The notes under the pieces: model-generated | What the model was told of the DNA's origin: nothing | Database searches by the model: none | Seen by the model: the letters and a program-made list of their open reading frames with translations, nothing else | Virus record (IMG/VR): IMGVR_UViG_3300031628_000001 | Location: 1 to 64,000 of that record | From: an uncultured virus (IMG/VR IMGVR_UViG_3300031628_000001) | Lineage: Duplodnaviria; Heunggongvirae; Uroviricota; Caudoviricetes; Crassvirales | Reading direction: 5' to 3' (one strand) | Length of the DNA: 64,000 nt | Program-made: the position numbers and the translations under genes | Shown here: positions 37,170-47,400 of the stretch, piece after piece | How the letters are laid out: every line of letters begins with the position of its first letter | Numbering within the stretch: position 1 is the stretch's first letter

Positions 37170-40100
37170 CTATTGTATAATTTTATTAGATATGTTATAT
37201 GCTTTAAGCTGTTCCATATTTGCTGTACCCATTTCGGTTAATCTTTGTTGTTGGGTAGCAAGAACATTTGCTATTTGAGAAGCAGGTATTTCTATTTGTT
37301 GTCCAGCAAATGGTATTTTCTTATTACCTTCATATTGGATTAATTGTTCACTATACATATATCTACCATCACCTGTACTAAATATTGTTATAGTTCCTGC
37401 ACCTGGTACATTTCTAACAATACGTCCATCATTGTTACTTAATTCATTCATTACCCACTGTGTTTCTTTATCACCAGTTTTATATTTATTATTATCAAGT
37501 GCTTTGTCAAATAGAATTGTAATTACATTATCTGTTAAAAATGCTTTACTCTTATCCTCAGTTACCATTCCAGTTATATAGTCATCTGTTTCTTTATCAT
37601 ATCTTCCTAATACACTTGAGTTAGCCCAGTCAGTACCAATGTGTATTTCATATCCAGCAACATCAGCATCAGAACCACCTCTATTCTTAGCATAAGAAAT
37701 GGAGAAGTCTAAACCATCTGCTTTTGGTGCACCACCTCCGTCTGCTTTATTATTACCGTAGTTATCTCCCATTGAATAATACCATTGTTGGATAACATTC
37801 ATCATCTCAGGATTTTGAACACCTAGTATTTCTCCCTTCTCTAGTATTATATTACCTCCTGCATATACGCTAAAGCTTGATGGATCACCATCTAAGATTT
37901 CTAGTACTTGATTTGCAAAGTCTACTGATGGAGCATTTACTTCAGTAGATGCATTTTCATCAAACTTAAACTGATGTTCTCCAGATTGAAACAAATCTCC
38001 ACCTATAGTTTCAGGTTGACCATTTAACTGTGCACTTAAGTTAAATCCAAACTCAGCAGCATTTTCACCATCTTTTGTCATTTTTTTATTTATTTCAGCA
38101 TACATATAATCATAATATAAATCTGCATCGTTTTGAATCTGATCAAATCTTGGTTGGGGTGTAGTAATGTGGTATTCTTGTATTCCATTTCCACCTGGCA
38201 TTTCAGTACCCATCATATTTGCTTGCCAATATTTTCCACTAGTAAGAGACCATGGAACATTTATCTGATTCTCTTCTTCATTTATAATCTGCATTTGGTT
38301 AAGGTCTGCATCTGCTGCAGGAAGAGTGTTTGTTCCATCACCCTTAGTTTTGTTAATAGCCTGCAAAATATCATCAGGTGTATTGTCTAACATGTTAGGA
38401 GGTAGAAATTGCTCACCTTGAAAATTCTGTTGAGTCATGTTTGACCTAATTTCTGCATTTGATATTTTAGTCCATTTATCTACATATCTTTTTTTCCATT
38501 CTTCTCTATCTATAAGTATACCATCATTATTAAAAATAGAACCTCCATCTTGTGCAGCATATTTAAAGTCCTCATCTGTTCCTACTAAATGTTGTTGAAC
38601 CTGCATGTAATTAGCTGCCATCTTATCAACACCTTCATTAAACATAGACATATTACCTCTTAGGTTATATATACTATATGCAATATCTGATTTAGTTTTT
38701 GTATCTAATGTCATGTAAGAAGGTAAGTAATTATCAGCATTATCTATAAAATTAAGCATGTTCATATACATGTCATGTATTTGATCTGAATCTTCAATAT
38801 CATTAAACTCATTCCATGTCATTGATGTAGACTTTGGATAATTAACTAATCTTTGAGCTATAGGTTTATTTTCTTCTACAATCTTTTCTTGCAACATTTT
38901 CATTTCTCCTATAACACCAGTTCCATATTCTTGTGGTATACCCTTGTTTACCATACCATTGTCTAGAGTTACCTCATCTGGATAATATATTTCTCCTATT
39001 TCTAATTTTCCAGTTCCCACCATTAAATCAGGAGAGAATATTGGTGTAAATTTAGAAGGATCAAGATTTAAATCTTGAGCATTTGCTAAATATACCTGCT
39101 TAAGAATTCTTTTTTGCTCAGTTACATTATAGTTTATATCATTTGTTGTTGTTTCATTATTATATGCTATTGCATCAGAGGTAGCATCGTCACCATTGAT
39201 TATTGTTTCTAAAAGATTTTGGTCAGGATCAGAAGTTGTATTCTTACCTGTTGTAGACTTGTCTCCAGCTTTATATCTATATATAGGTACTTGTATTGGT
39301 TGAGAAACGCTTTCCTTTTCTTCCTTAGCAGCATCAGATGCCTCTTTATATTTAATCCTTGCCATTGCATATTGATGCTCAACCCATGCTGTGTAATTAG
39401 GATTGGGTTCTATCTCACGGGTCTGAGTTTTTTTTGCATATGCAGAAGCAGAAGTGAGCATATCATCACCCATTTGAGTACCCATAGCTAGACTATAAGC
39501 TTTATTAAGTAAGTTCTTAATATCATCAGTAGGTGCTGTAGCATCTTGTAACCTTTGAGTTTGAGAAGTTATAACTTTATTTATTAATTCTAATTCATCC
39601 ATTGAATTTAGAAAGCTAACATCATTTTCAGATCCAGGTTCAATACCTATCTTATTAGCATATGCTTCCCAACTACTAACTTCAATTTTTTTAGTTTCTT
39701 TAACTTTACTTAGGTTTGAAATATCTTCTTCAGATCTTGTTTTATATTTTTCCATAGTTTCAGTTGCCCATGCTTTTTTAGCAGCATCGTCACCTCCTAA
39801 CTCTTCAGACTTTTCCTTAACATAATTTCTCATGTCAACAAAGTTTCTTAAGTGATAAGCAGCTTGAACCTTAGGATCATCCATTAATCTATCCTTTACA
39901 TGATTAAGAGCTAGGTTCTCAGTTTCAGGAACCATTATTACTTTACCCTTACTATCTTTAACTTCAATCATTCTACCTGTTGGAGCTGCAGTAATTAATG
40001 AACCACTCTTTAGAGTAATTAACCATTTATTATCTTGTGATACATCTACATCACTTGTTGTATCTCCTAACTCAGAGTTATCTAACAATATCATTGCTTG

Positions 40101-40628
40101 TTCAACTAAGTCAACATCCTCAATGTATTGAGGTAAACCCATACCTAAAGCTTTTTGAGGATCAGCATTTTTAAAATCTTCTTGCCAAATATCTAATCCT
40201 TGTCTTCCATAGTCCCAGTACTTTTCTCTAACTTCTCTTATAGAACTATCTTTAAAAGAACTCATCTTTTTTCTTTGTTGCTTTAGAGTTGCGGTAGCAG
40301 TTAAATCTTTAATAACCTGTTTGTCTTCATAGAATGGTTTAAATAAACCATATGCTGCATCAACATTTTCTTGAAGAGAAAGATCTAATCCAGAAATTTG
40401 TTTTATTTGTGGTGCAAGTTGTTCTGCATATTGATCTCTAACATATTTGTTATCATTTCTTGTTAGATCTGCATATACCACTTTACCATAAACATCATTT
40501 AATTGTTTATAGTTCTTATCAAACCTATCCTGTCTTGTGTGTAAGACATCTGATAGGAATTTATAATCTGGCACAAAGGGTTGACTTTGTGGAATTTTAT
40601 CTTCTACGCCTGGAATGTATGTTGCCAT
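37170..40628 (-). CDS. putative virion cargo protein, 1152 aa
   Basis: Helical protein immediately upstream of the vRNAP (2-nt spacer); the call rests on synteny. Confidence 0.6.
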   Translation of the reverse strand: MATYIPGVEDKIPQSQPFVPDYKFLSDVLHTRQDRFDKNYKQLNDVYGKVVYADLTRNDNKYVRDQYAEQLAPQIKQISGLDLSLQENVDAAYGLFKPFYEDKQVIKDLTATATLKQQRKKMSSFKDSSIREVREKYWDYGRQGLDIWQEDFKNADPQKALGMGLPQYIEDVDLVEQAMILLDNSELGDTTSDVDVSQDNKWLITLKSGSLITAAPTGRMIEVKDSKGKVIMVPETENLALNHVKDRLMDDPKVQAAYHLRNFVDMRNYVKEKSEELGGDDAAKKAWATETMEKYKTRSEEDISNLSKVKETKKIEVSSWEAYANKIGIEPGSENDVSFLNSMDELELINKVITSQTQRLQDATAPTDDIKNLLNKAYSLAMGTQMGDDMLTSASAYAKKTQTREIEPNPNYTAWVEHQYAMARIKYKEASDAAKEEKESVSQPIQVPIYRYKAGDKSTTGKNTTSDPDQNLLETIINGDDATSDAIAYNNETTTNDINYNVTEQKRILKQVYLANAQDLNLDPSKFTPIFSPDLMVGTGKLEIGEIYYPDEVTLDNGMVNKGIPQEYGTGVIGEMKMLQEKIVEENKPIAQRLVNYPKSTSMTWNEFNDIEDSDQIHDMYMNMLNFIDNADNYLPSYMTLDTKTKSDIAYSIYNLRGNMSMFNEGVDKMAANYMQVQQHLVGTDEDFKYAAQDGGSIFNNDGILIDREEWKKRYVDKWTKISNAEIRSNMTQQNFQGEQFLPPNMLDNTPDDILQAINKTKGDGTNTLPAADADLNQMQIINEEENQINVPWSLTSGKYWQANMMGTEMPGGNGIQEYHITTPQPRFDQIQNDADLYYDYMYAEINKKMTKDGENAAEFGFNLSAQLNGQPETIGGDLFQSGEHQFKFDENASTEVNAPSVDFANQVLEILDGDPSSFSVYAGGNIILEKGEILGVQNPEMMNVIQQWYYSMGDNYGNNKADGGGAPKADGLDFSISYAKNRGGSDADVAGYEIHIGTDWANSSVLGRYDKETDDYITGMVTEDKSKAFLTDNVITILFDKALDNNKYKTGDKETQWVMNELSNNDGRIVRNVPGAGTITIFSTGDGRYMYSEQLIQYEGNKKIPFAGQQIEIPASQIANVLATQQQRLTEMGTANMEQLKAYNISNKIIQ

Positions 40629-40630
40629 GT

Positions 40631-40645
40631 TACAAAAATACTAAA
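40631..40645 (-). promoter_or_regulatory. promoter-like element TTTAGTATTTTTGTA (contains TAnnTTTG)
   Basis: TATTTTTG at 40633-40640 ends 4 nt before ATG 40628; also resembles the late motif. Confidence 0.45.
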
Positions 40646-40690
40646 ATTTATTAACTTTATAAAATATATTGGGTAAACCTTTCATGTTTA

Positions 40691-43600
40691 CTACCATTGT
40701 CCTCCTCTTCTCATCATCAACTCTCTTCTCAATTCGCTACCATATTTGGTTTCTTTAAGTGTATTACCAGCTTCACCTTGATAACCTGGTGGTACTACTG
40801 TAGCAGGTGGTGTTGTTGTATTAGAAGCCTTCATAGTTTTATCAGCAGCTTTTGATGCTGCCAACTTACATGCAGCCTTTTCTTTATCATCACTTATATT
40901 ACCACAATTTGCATCATAGTATTGTTTCTCTAATGCTAATCTTTTATCCATACTAGATTGAGCATCTACTGGAACATTAGCATTTAAAGCCTTACTAGTA
41001 TTAGCATTAATTAATCCTGCATTTGCTGGGCTAACTTTTAAATCAGGTGTCAAACTATTTAGATTAGCTGTATTAGCCATGTTAGTCCAAGCATTAGCTT
41101 GCATATCAGCTATCTGAACATCTAATTCATTTCTTGCATTATCATAGTTTTGATCTACTAAGTTAACTGCATCCATAAAAGTTTTACCAGCATCTTGGTT
41201 AAGCACATCTGTATTAGTCTGTACACCAGCATTAAATTGTTCTGCACCGTTGTAAATACTAATGTTATCATTTTGAACTTTATCAAGAGCACCAGCAATT
41301 TGTGCACCAGCTGTTCCTTGAATCTTAGCAAGAATAGATGATAAACCAGGACCACTTGACATTGATGCTGCCATATCTCCTGCAATCTGTGCTTGTTCAC
41401 CAATAGCTGCAATCTCTCTAGTTGGATCTTTATATGCTGGATCCATAAAGTTACCAGTAAAACTTTGTCTACTTGGATAGTATTTATTTATATCTATGCC
41501 TGATAATGCATCTAACTTCATTATATCTTGTTTCCAGAACTCAGGTGTTTCTGGAGGTTTAGTTATAATTTCTGTTTTTTCTATACATCTACAAACTTGT
41601 ACATCATAATTACCGCCTCTTTCTGTACACGCCTGTTGTTCAGCTACTTTAGCTTGAATTGGATTCCCTTCTTTATCATTAAAGCATGTAGATACATCTC
41701 TTGTTGATTCTTCTCCTGGTTCATTATTCATAGTAACTAACTGTCTATTATATGTATCACCATATCTACCATCAATTTTAGACCATCTATCTTCACCTAA
41801 CCCACCATCATCATCATTACCAAATGCTTCTAGATTAACATTGGAAATTAAATTAGACCAGCTATCATCTCCATCTGCAGACATTTTCTCAGCATGTTTA
41901 GATAAACCACCTAGACTATTGAACACAGATTGTTTTTGTCTTACATCTGCTCTTATATCTTCAGGTAAAGCTGGTAACTCAAAATTTGGATTCAATTTAG
42001 AAAACTCCTCATATACTGCTTTATACATTCCATTAGGTATAGTAAAACCATGTGAATTAGGATTATCCCAAGCTTTATGACCTAAAAGTTTATCACCTTT
42101 AACTACTGTACCATTAGGTAATGTAATTTCCATCTCGGATAATGCTCCTGGATCATTCATTAGGTATTTAAATTTCTGATCAGCAAGAAATTGTGTTTCA
42201 TACTCTTCTTGTGACATCATAGATCCCATATCATAATTACCTGAACTATACATTTTTTCATATGTTTGATAACCATATTCATTAACCATATCCCAATCAT
42301 CTGATTGATATAGATTCATCATATTATTATAGTTATCATTACCATACTTGGTTCCACTACCAACTTGTGCTTTAGGTAACCCCATAGGTGTATTGTCATA
42401 GTCAGTGTATCTATCTATATATTCTTCACCTCCATATACAAATCTATTTAATGCACCACCTGATTGTGCATAATCTGCTTGTGGGTCATCTTTATATCTT
42501 CCATCATACATAGGATCTGGAGTAGCATTTTGAGCAGATAAAGCTCTTTCTGCTATTCCTACTAAAGATCCTTGATTGATTCCTTCATTAATATCTCTAC
42601 CATAGCTAATTTGTGGATACTCACTAGCAAAATCTGCTGCATTAAAAGGGAATATATCTTCTACTTCTTCTAACCTTTGAGAAGGTAAGTGCATTGATGG
42701 ACCTTCAGGAGATTCAGATTGATTTTTAAATAAACCACCATACTTCATTTGTGGTTGACCTTGACCTTGACCTTGTTGCATAGCAGCCATCATTTCTGGT
42801 GGCATTCCACCCTGTGGTGGGCCTGGAGGTGGTCCTTGGGGTGCAGCCATTTGTTGCTGACCTCCTTGTACTTGTTGCATAACAGCCATTATCATTTGTT
42901 CTACTTGCTGTGGTGGCATTCCTAATTGACCAAAAATTTGCATTACTATTTCTGGTGGAATTTGATTCTGTAATAATTCTGCTATAACTTCTTCAGGTTG
43001 AGCACCTTGTTCTATAGCTTGTCCAACCATTTGCATTATTTGTTCCATCTCTCCTCCACCACCTTGTCCTCCTTGTGGTTGTTGAGCTGCAGGTGGTCCA
43101 CCTTGTTGAAAAAACACGTTTCCTTCAGGTACATTAAATGTATCAAACTGAGATGCATATCCATTTTCTATTTGCCAGTTCTTCATAGCTTCACTACCTG
43201 TGTAGTGTTGATCTTTCATAAAGTTCCCAGGTATAGAAATATCAAGACCAGATGTTTTACTATAGTTTGGTACAGTTTGTGTTTGTATAGGTGGTATTGA
43301 TAGAATTTCTTCTTGTATTTGTGCCTTATGTAAACCTCCACCATATTTCTGTGTTAATAATTCAGCTTTTTTTAATTTATTTACATTCTGAAAATTACCA
43401 TTCTCATCAAAAGGAGGATAAGAAGCTACATCAGTTGTAATAGTACCTCGGGGTGCTCCAGGAGGAGTAGCTCTTGGATTTTGGTTAATATAATCACCAA
43501 TAGGTATTGGCATAAACATATGTCTCATATTATGAGGTTCTCCTTCAGGTGTACCACATTGAGAACATACTAGTTGCTGATCATAAGCTCCAAGTTCTTG

Positions 43601-44416
43601 ATAGTTAGGTAAACCACCACCATATTTAGCCATCATTTGTTGAGGTGGCATCATACCTTGTGGTGGCATACCTCCTCCTTGTGGTGGTCCCATTGGGGGC
43701 ATTCCTCCTTGTGGTCCTCCCTGTGGGGGACCTCCTTGTCCTCCTGTAAAATCTTGTAATGCTAAGAACTCTTGTTGTTGTTCTGGTGGTAATTGATCAA
43801 TCATTTGCATTTGAGCTTGTTCCTCATTTAGCTTATTTACTTTCTGAACAAATTCTTGTGGATCAATATCCTTAGACATTAAGTATGGGTATGCTGCTAA
43901 TGGTACACCGTCTTCAAATTTCTTTTTACTTTCTGATACAAATGCTAAATGTGAAAGTTGCATTTTGTTTTTATCTAACATTAGTTCAGAACTTCTTGTT
44001 GCTATATCATCTACAAACTCATCATTAAGAATAGAGTAATATCTATTTAATGGAAATTTCTTTGATACTGCAGCAGGTGACATCTTCTTTGTAGAGTTGA
44101 TACCAAAGTCTTGTAGCTGTGCCTTATTAAGTTTCATCTTTGCTGTATCAGAAAAGATAAAAGATTGAGGTGGTAAACTTAAGTTTGTTCCACCATCTTG
44201 ATGTCTTCTACCACCTATATTATATAGCTCATAGTTTCCATCATTAGTTAAATCAGTAAGTGCAGTCTCACCTTTTTCAGCTTCTAGATTAGCAAACTGT
44301 TCAGGAATAGGCCCTATAGTATTACTATAAGGAACACCACCCATAGACATGACTTTTACAATCTGTCCATTTTTAACTTTATACCCTTCAGGTAATTTAT
44401 TTATTTTGACTTTCAT
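40691..44416 (-). CDS. putative virion protein with KYGG linkers and Q/P/M/G-rich tracts, 1241 aa
   Basis: N-terminal EAEKGE...GRRHQDGG...FIFSD; AKYGGGLPNYQ, QKYGGGLHKAQ, MKYGGLFKNQ and MGLPKAQ. Confidence 0.65.
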   Translation of the reverse strand: MKVKINKLPEGYKVKNGQIVKVMSMGGVPYSNTIGPIPEQFANLEAEKGETALTDLTNDGNYELYNIGGRRHQDGGTNLSLPPQSFIFSDTAKMKLNKAQLQDFGINSTKKMSPAAVSKKFPLNRYYSILNDEFVDDIATRSSELMLDKNKMQLSHLAFVSESKKKFEDGVPLAAYPYLMSKDIDPQEFVQKVNKLNEEQAQMQMIDQLPPEQQQEFLALQDFTGGQGGPPQGGPQGGMPPMGPPQGGGMPPQGMMPPQQMMAKYGGGLPNYQELGAYDQQLVCSQCGTPEGEPHNMRHMFMPIPIGDYINQNPRATPPGAPRGTITTDVASYPPFDENGNFQNVNKLKKAELLTQKYGGGLHKAQIQEEILSIPPIQTQTVPNYSKTSGLDISIPGNFMKDQHYTGSEAMKNWQIENGYASQFDTFNVPEGNVFFQQGGPPAAQQPQGGQGGGGEMEQIMQMVGQAIEQGAQPEEVIAELLQNQIPPEIVMQIFGQLGMPPQQVEQMIMAVMQQVQGGQQQMAAPQGPPPGPPQGGMPPEMMAAMQQGQGQGQPQMKYGGLFKNQSESPEGPSMHLPSQRLEEVEDIFPFNAADFASEYPQISYGRDINEGINQGSLVGIAERALSAQNATPDPMYDGRYKDDPQADYAQSGGALNRFVYGGEEYIDRYTDYDNTPMGLPKAQVGSGTKYGNDNYNNMMNLYQSDDWDMVNEYGYQTYEKMYSSGNYDMGSMMSQEEYETQFLADQKFKYLMNDPGALSEMEITLPNGTVVKGDKLLGHKAWDNPNSHGFTIPNGMYKAVYEEFSKLNPNFELPALPEDIRADVRQKQSVFNSLGGLSKHAEKMSADGDDSWSNLISNVNLEAFGNDDDGGLGEDRWSKIDGRYGDTYNRQLVTMNNEPGEESTRDVSTCFNDKEGNPIQAKVAEQQACTERGGNYDVQVCRCIEKTEIITKPPETPEFWKQDIMKLDALSGIDINKYYPSRQSFTGNFMDPAYKDPTREIAAIGEQAQIAGDMAASMSSGPGLSSILAKIQGTAGAQIAGALDKVQNDNISIYNGAEQFNAGVQTNTDVLNQDAGKTFMDAVNLVDQNYDNARNELDVQIADMQANAWTNMANTANLNSLTPDLKVSPANAGLINANTSKALNANVPVDAQSSMDKRLALEKQYYDANCGNISDDKEKAACKLAASKAADKTMKASNTTTPPATVVPPGYQGEAGNTLKETKYGSELRRELMMRRGGQW

Positions 44417-44418
44417 AA

Positions 44419-47400
44419 TTATATAATTTCTATATCTGCTCCTGCAGCTATTAATTCGTAATACATATCTGAATTTACACTTACTGTTTTTTGTTTTTGT
44501 TCACCACCTCTTTGTTTAAGATGTGCCCCTATACCTAAAGAAAATTGTGGACCTGTGTTTGGATTGATTCCTCCCTTAAAAGTAACAGGTCCAACATTAG
44601 CATAGCCACCATAAGTAGTACCATTATCACCCATTAGATCTTTATCAGCATAAGCACCAAACCCATATTGAGTATTGTTACCACCTACTTCTCCAGTATA
44701 TCCTACTGAAGCCAAGAGTTTCATATAATTATCCATATCCACAGTAGTTCCATTCAATCCATCATCTACACTAGAATCTTCAGTAGCACGTAAACCATAG
44801 TTTCCACCAACGTATGTTTTAAGACCATTTGTTCCTCCACTAGGATTGAAAGTATATCCTGGAGCTAATCCAAATGATGATGTAAATTCATCATTTAATT
44901 TACCCATTGACATTGTTCCATATAAACTTAAGTCATGCTTAGAATCAAAATCTCTATTTTGACATTGAGAAAAAACTCTACCTCCTGAATCAATTATTGG
45001 TCCATTAACACAAAATTCTTTTAGTCCAGTTTCCTTTTGATTTTGTGCTTTCAGGTGACCTCCATACTTAGCCATATCCATAGCATATCCTTCAGGTGTT
45101 CCAGCAATTTCATCTACCTCTTCTTCATTTATCCAATTACTTACACCATCATATGCACTCTTACCAAAATCATATATGCTTTTTACGTCTGCCATCTTAC
45201 CTATTATACCACCACCTACAATTGGTGCCACCCCATGATTTGTTCTTTGTGCATCATTATACACCCCCTCACTAAATCCATGATTAGCTTTTGTAAACCA
45301 ATTTTGATCATTATAAGAACCATCCTTATTTGGTATATCATATATACTAGCAGTTTCCATTTGACCTTGTGCTCTAGGTAGTTCAGTACCATACTTACCC
45401 CATCTTGAAATTACTTTATCATCTGGTTGGAAAATACCAGTGTTTTTATCATGTTCACCTCTTGATAATGCATCAGAACTTGTTACTCCATACATAGATC
45501 CTGCTGATCTACCAGCAAAAACTTTTTCTGATTCCATATCTTCATTATAACCATCAAACTGATTATTTATAATTTTTGCTCCTTCTACTGCAGCTTTAGA
45601 TCCTTTTTGAAATAGTTGACCTAGATTACTATCTAATGCATAATTCACTTTATTAGTCATCCTTGCCCCTGGTGTTTCACCCCATCTATCTCTTTTATCT
45701 TTTCTCCTTTGTCTTTTCTCTGCTTTTCTTTCACTCTTATCAGTTTGCATATCTTCATAAGATCCAAAGCCTTTATCTTCAGCTCTAGCTTGTCTTCTAT
45801 TATCTTGACGTACATCTCTAAGTTGTCTTCTACTTAATGTATTATTATCTCCTTCAAATGCAAAATCATCTGTTTGATCAAACATTGGTGTAAATTGATT
45901 ATCATCAAAGTTTCCACTCTCAGAATTATATATATCACCATATGATTTATTTATAGAACCATCTTCAGGTTTATAAGTATTCATATCTATGTCTTTTCTT
46001 CTTACATCAAAGCTATTAGCTGCTGCAGATTTTATATCTTTGTTTATTGCATTTGCTGAAAAAGGATATGCTCTATCTGGATCATAATTTGCATTACGGT
46101 TTGTAACACCTGTCTCATCTGAGAATGCAGTTTTTACATTTCCAAACTGTTCTGAATTAGGAGTATTAAAACCTTGTTCTTCTACAGTAGCATCTACCCA
46201 TTGTCCTCCTTGCCATACATCTCCATATGCACTAATTGCTCCTTCCTTAGGCATATTTGTATCATAATCAAACTGTGCAGGATTTACTTGATAATTAGCT
46301 GCTACATCATGTGCACCATTTTGTATTTGTGCTTTAGGTAAAGAGCCTCCATATTTTAACCCTGGAACTCCTGGAAATTGAGTATAGTTAGTTGGAAATA
46401 CTTTTGGGGCAAAGTTAGGATTAATCAACTTATTAGTATAATTAGTTTTCATATAATCCTTAAGTATACCTAGCTGTGAAGGTCTTTTACTAAGAGGATT
46501 TGCATTGAATGTTCTCAAATTCTTATTTGCGTTTAAACTTTCCATAATTTTAGATTGACCTTTAATATTTAAAGCAGGCATTGTTGAGTTAAGACCTCTG
46601 ACTTGATTAAATGTTTTTGGTAAAATATTAGTACCCATATTTCCAAACCCTGTCATTTCACCAAGTCCAAAAGCTGTATTCATCAACCCTTCCTCCCAGT
46701 CACCTTCTTTAAAATTATTAACTGCAGTTGGTAGAGTGTTAACTACACCATTAGTTGCCATCATTCCATTAGCTACATTACCAAAAGTAAGTGCTCCTTG
46801 TGTATAAGGAACACTGAAACCTCCTACATATTTTGCTAAGTTCATTCCTAGTTTTAATCCACCCATTCCTCCAACCAATCCTGGTATATAACCCATATCA
46901 GTAGTCATTTCTTTATTCCTTCCATGATCTTGAAATTGAGGATTAGGTAATGTATCATTTCCTATAATGTATTCACTATTACCAGAATTATATCCTATTG
47001 CACCTCCACCATAACCTCCCATGGAACCTTCAAAGGCTTGATTACCTGAATAATTTATAGCATCCTCCATGTTATCTGCAGTAACTTCTTGCCAGTCTTG
47101 CTTGTATCCACTATGATCATACTCATTCATAAATTTTTCCATAGACCAATTATCTACACCAGACTTAGTAGCATAATGGTTATCATATTCCTTTTGTAAT
47201 TTTTCTTGATATGGTTTATATGCTGCATCATAAACTGTACCTGTTAAATCATCTGTTCCTACACTTCTATTAATACCCAACCTTCTTCTATTAAAGTTCC
47301 CTTCTGCACCATAGTCTATGTCATCGGCAGAACTACCTATATTACTAACGTTTTGTATAGGTACACCATTTACACTTAAGCCTTCAGTATTATATCCACC

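Noticed and set aside
22208..37172. TAG read-through fusing the 1152-, 4984- and 1870-aa genes (all end in TAG)
   Set aside because: Both junctions are TAG-NN-ATG, so the next gene is out of frame; no obvious slippery site.
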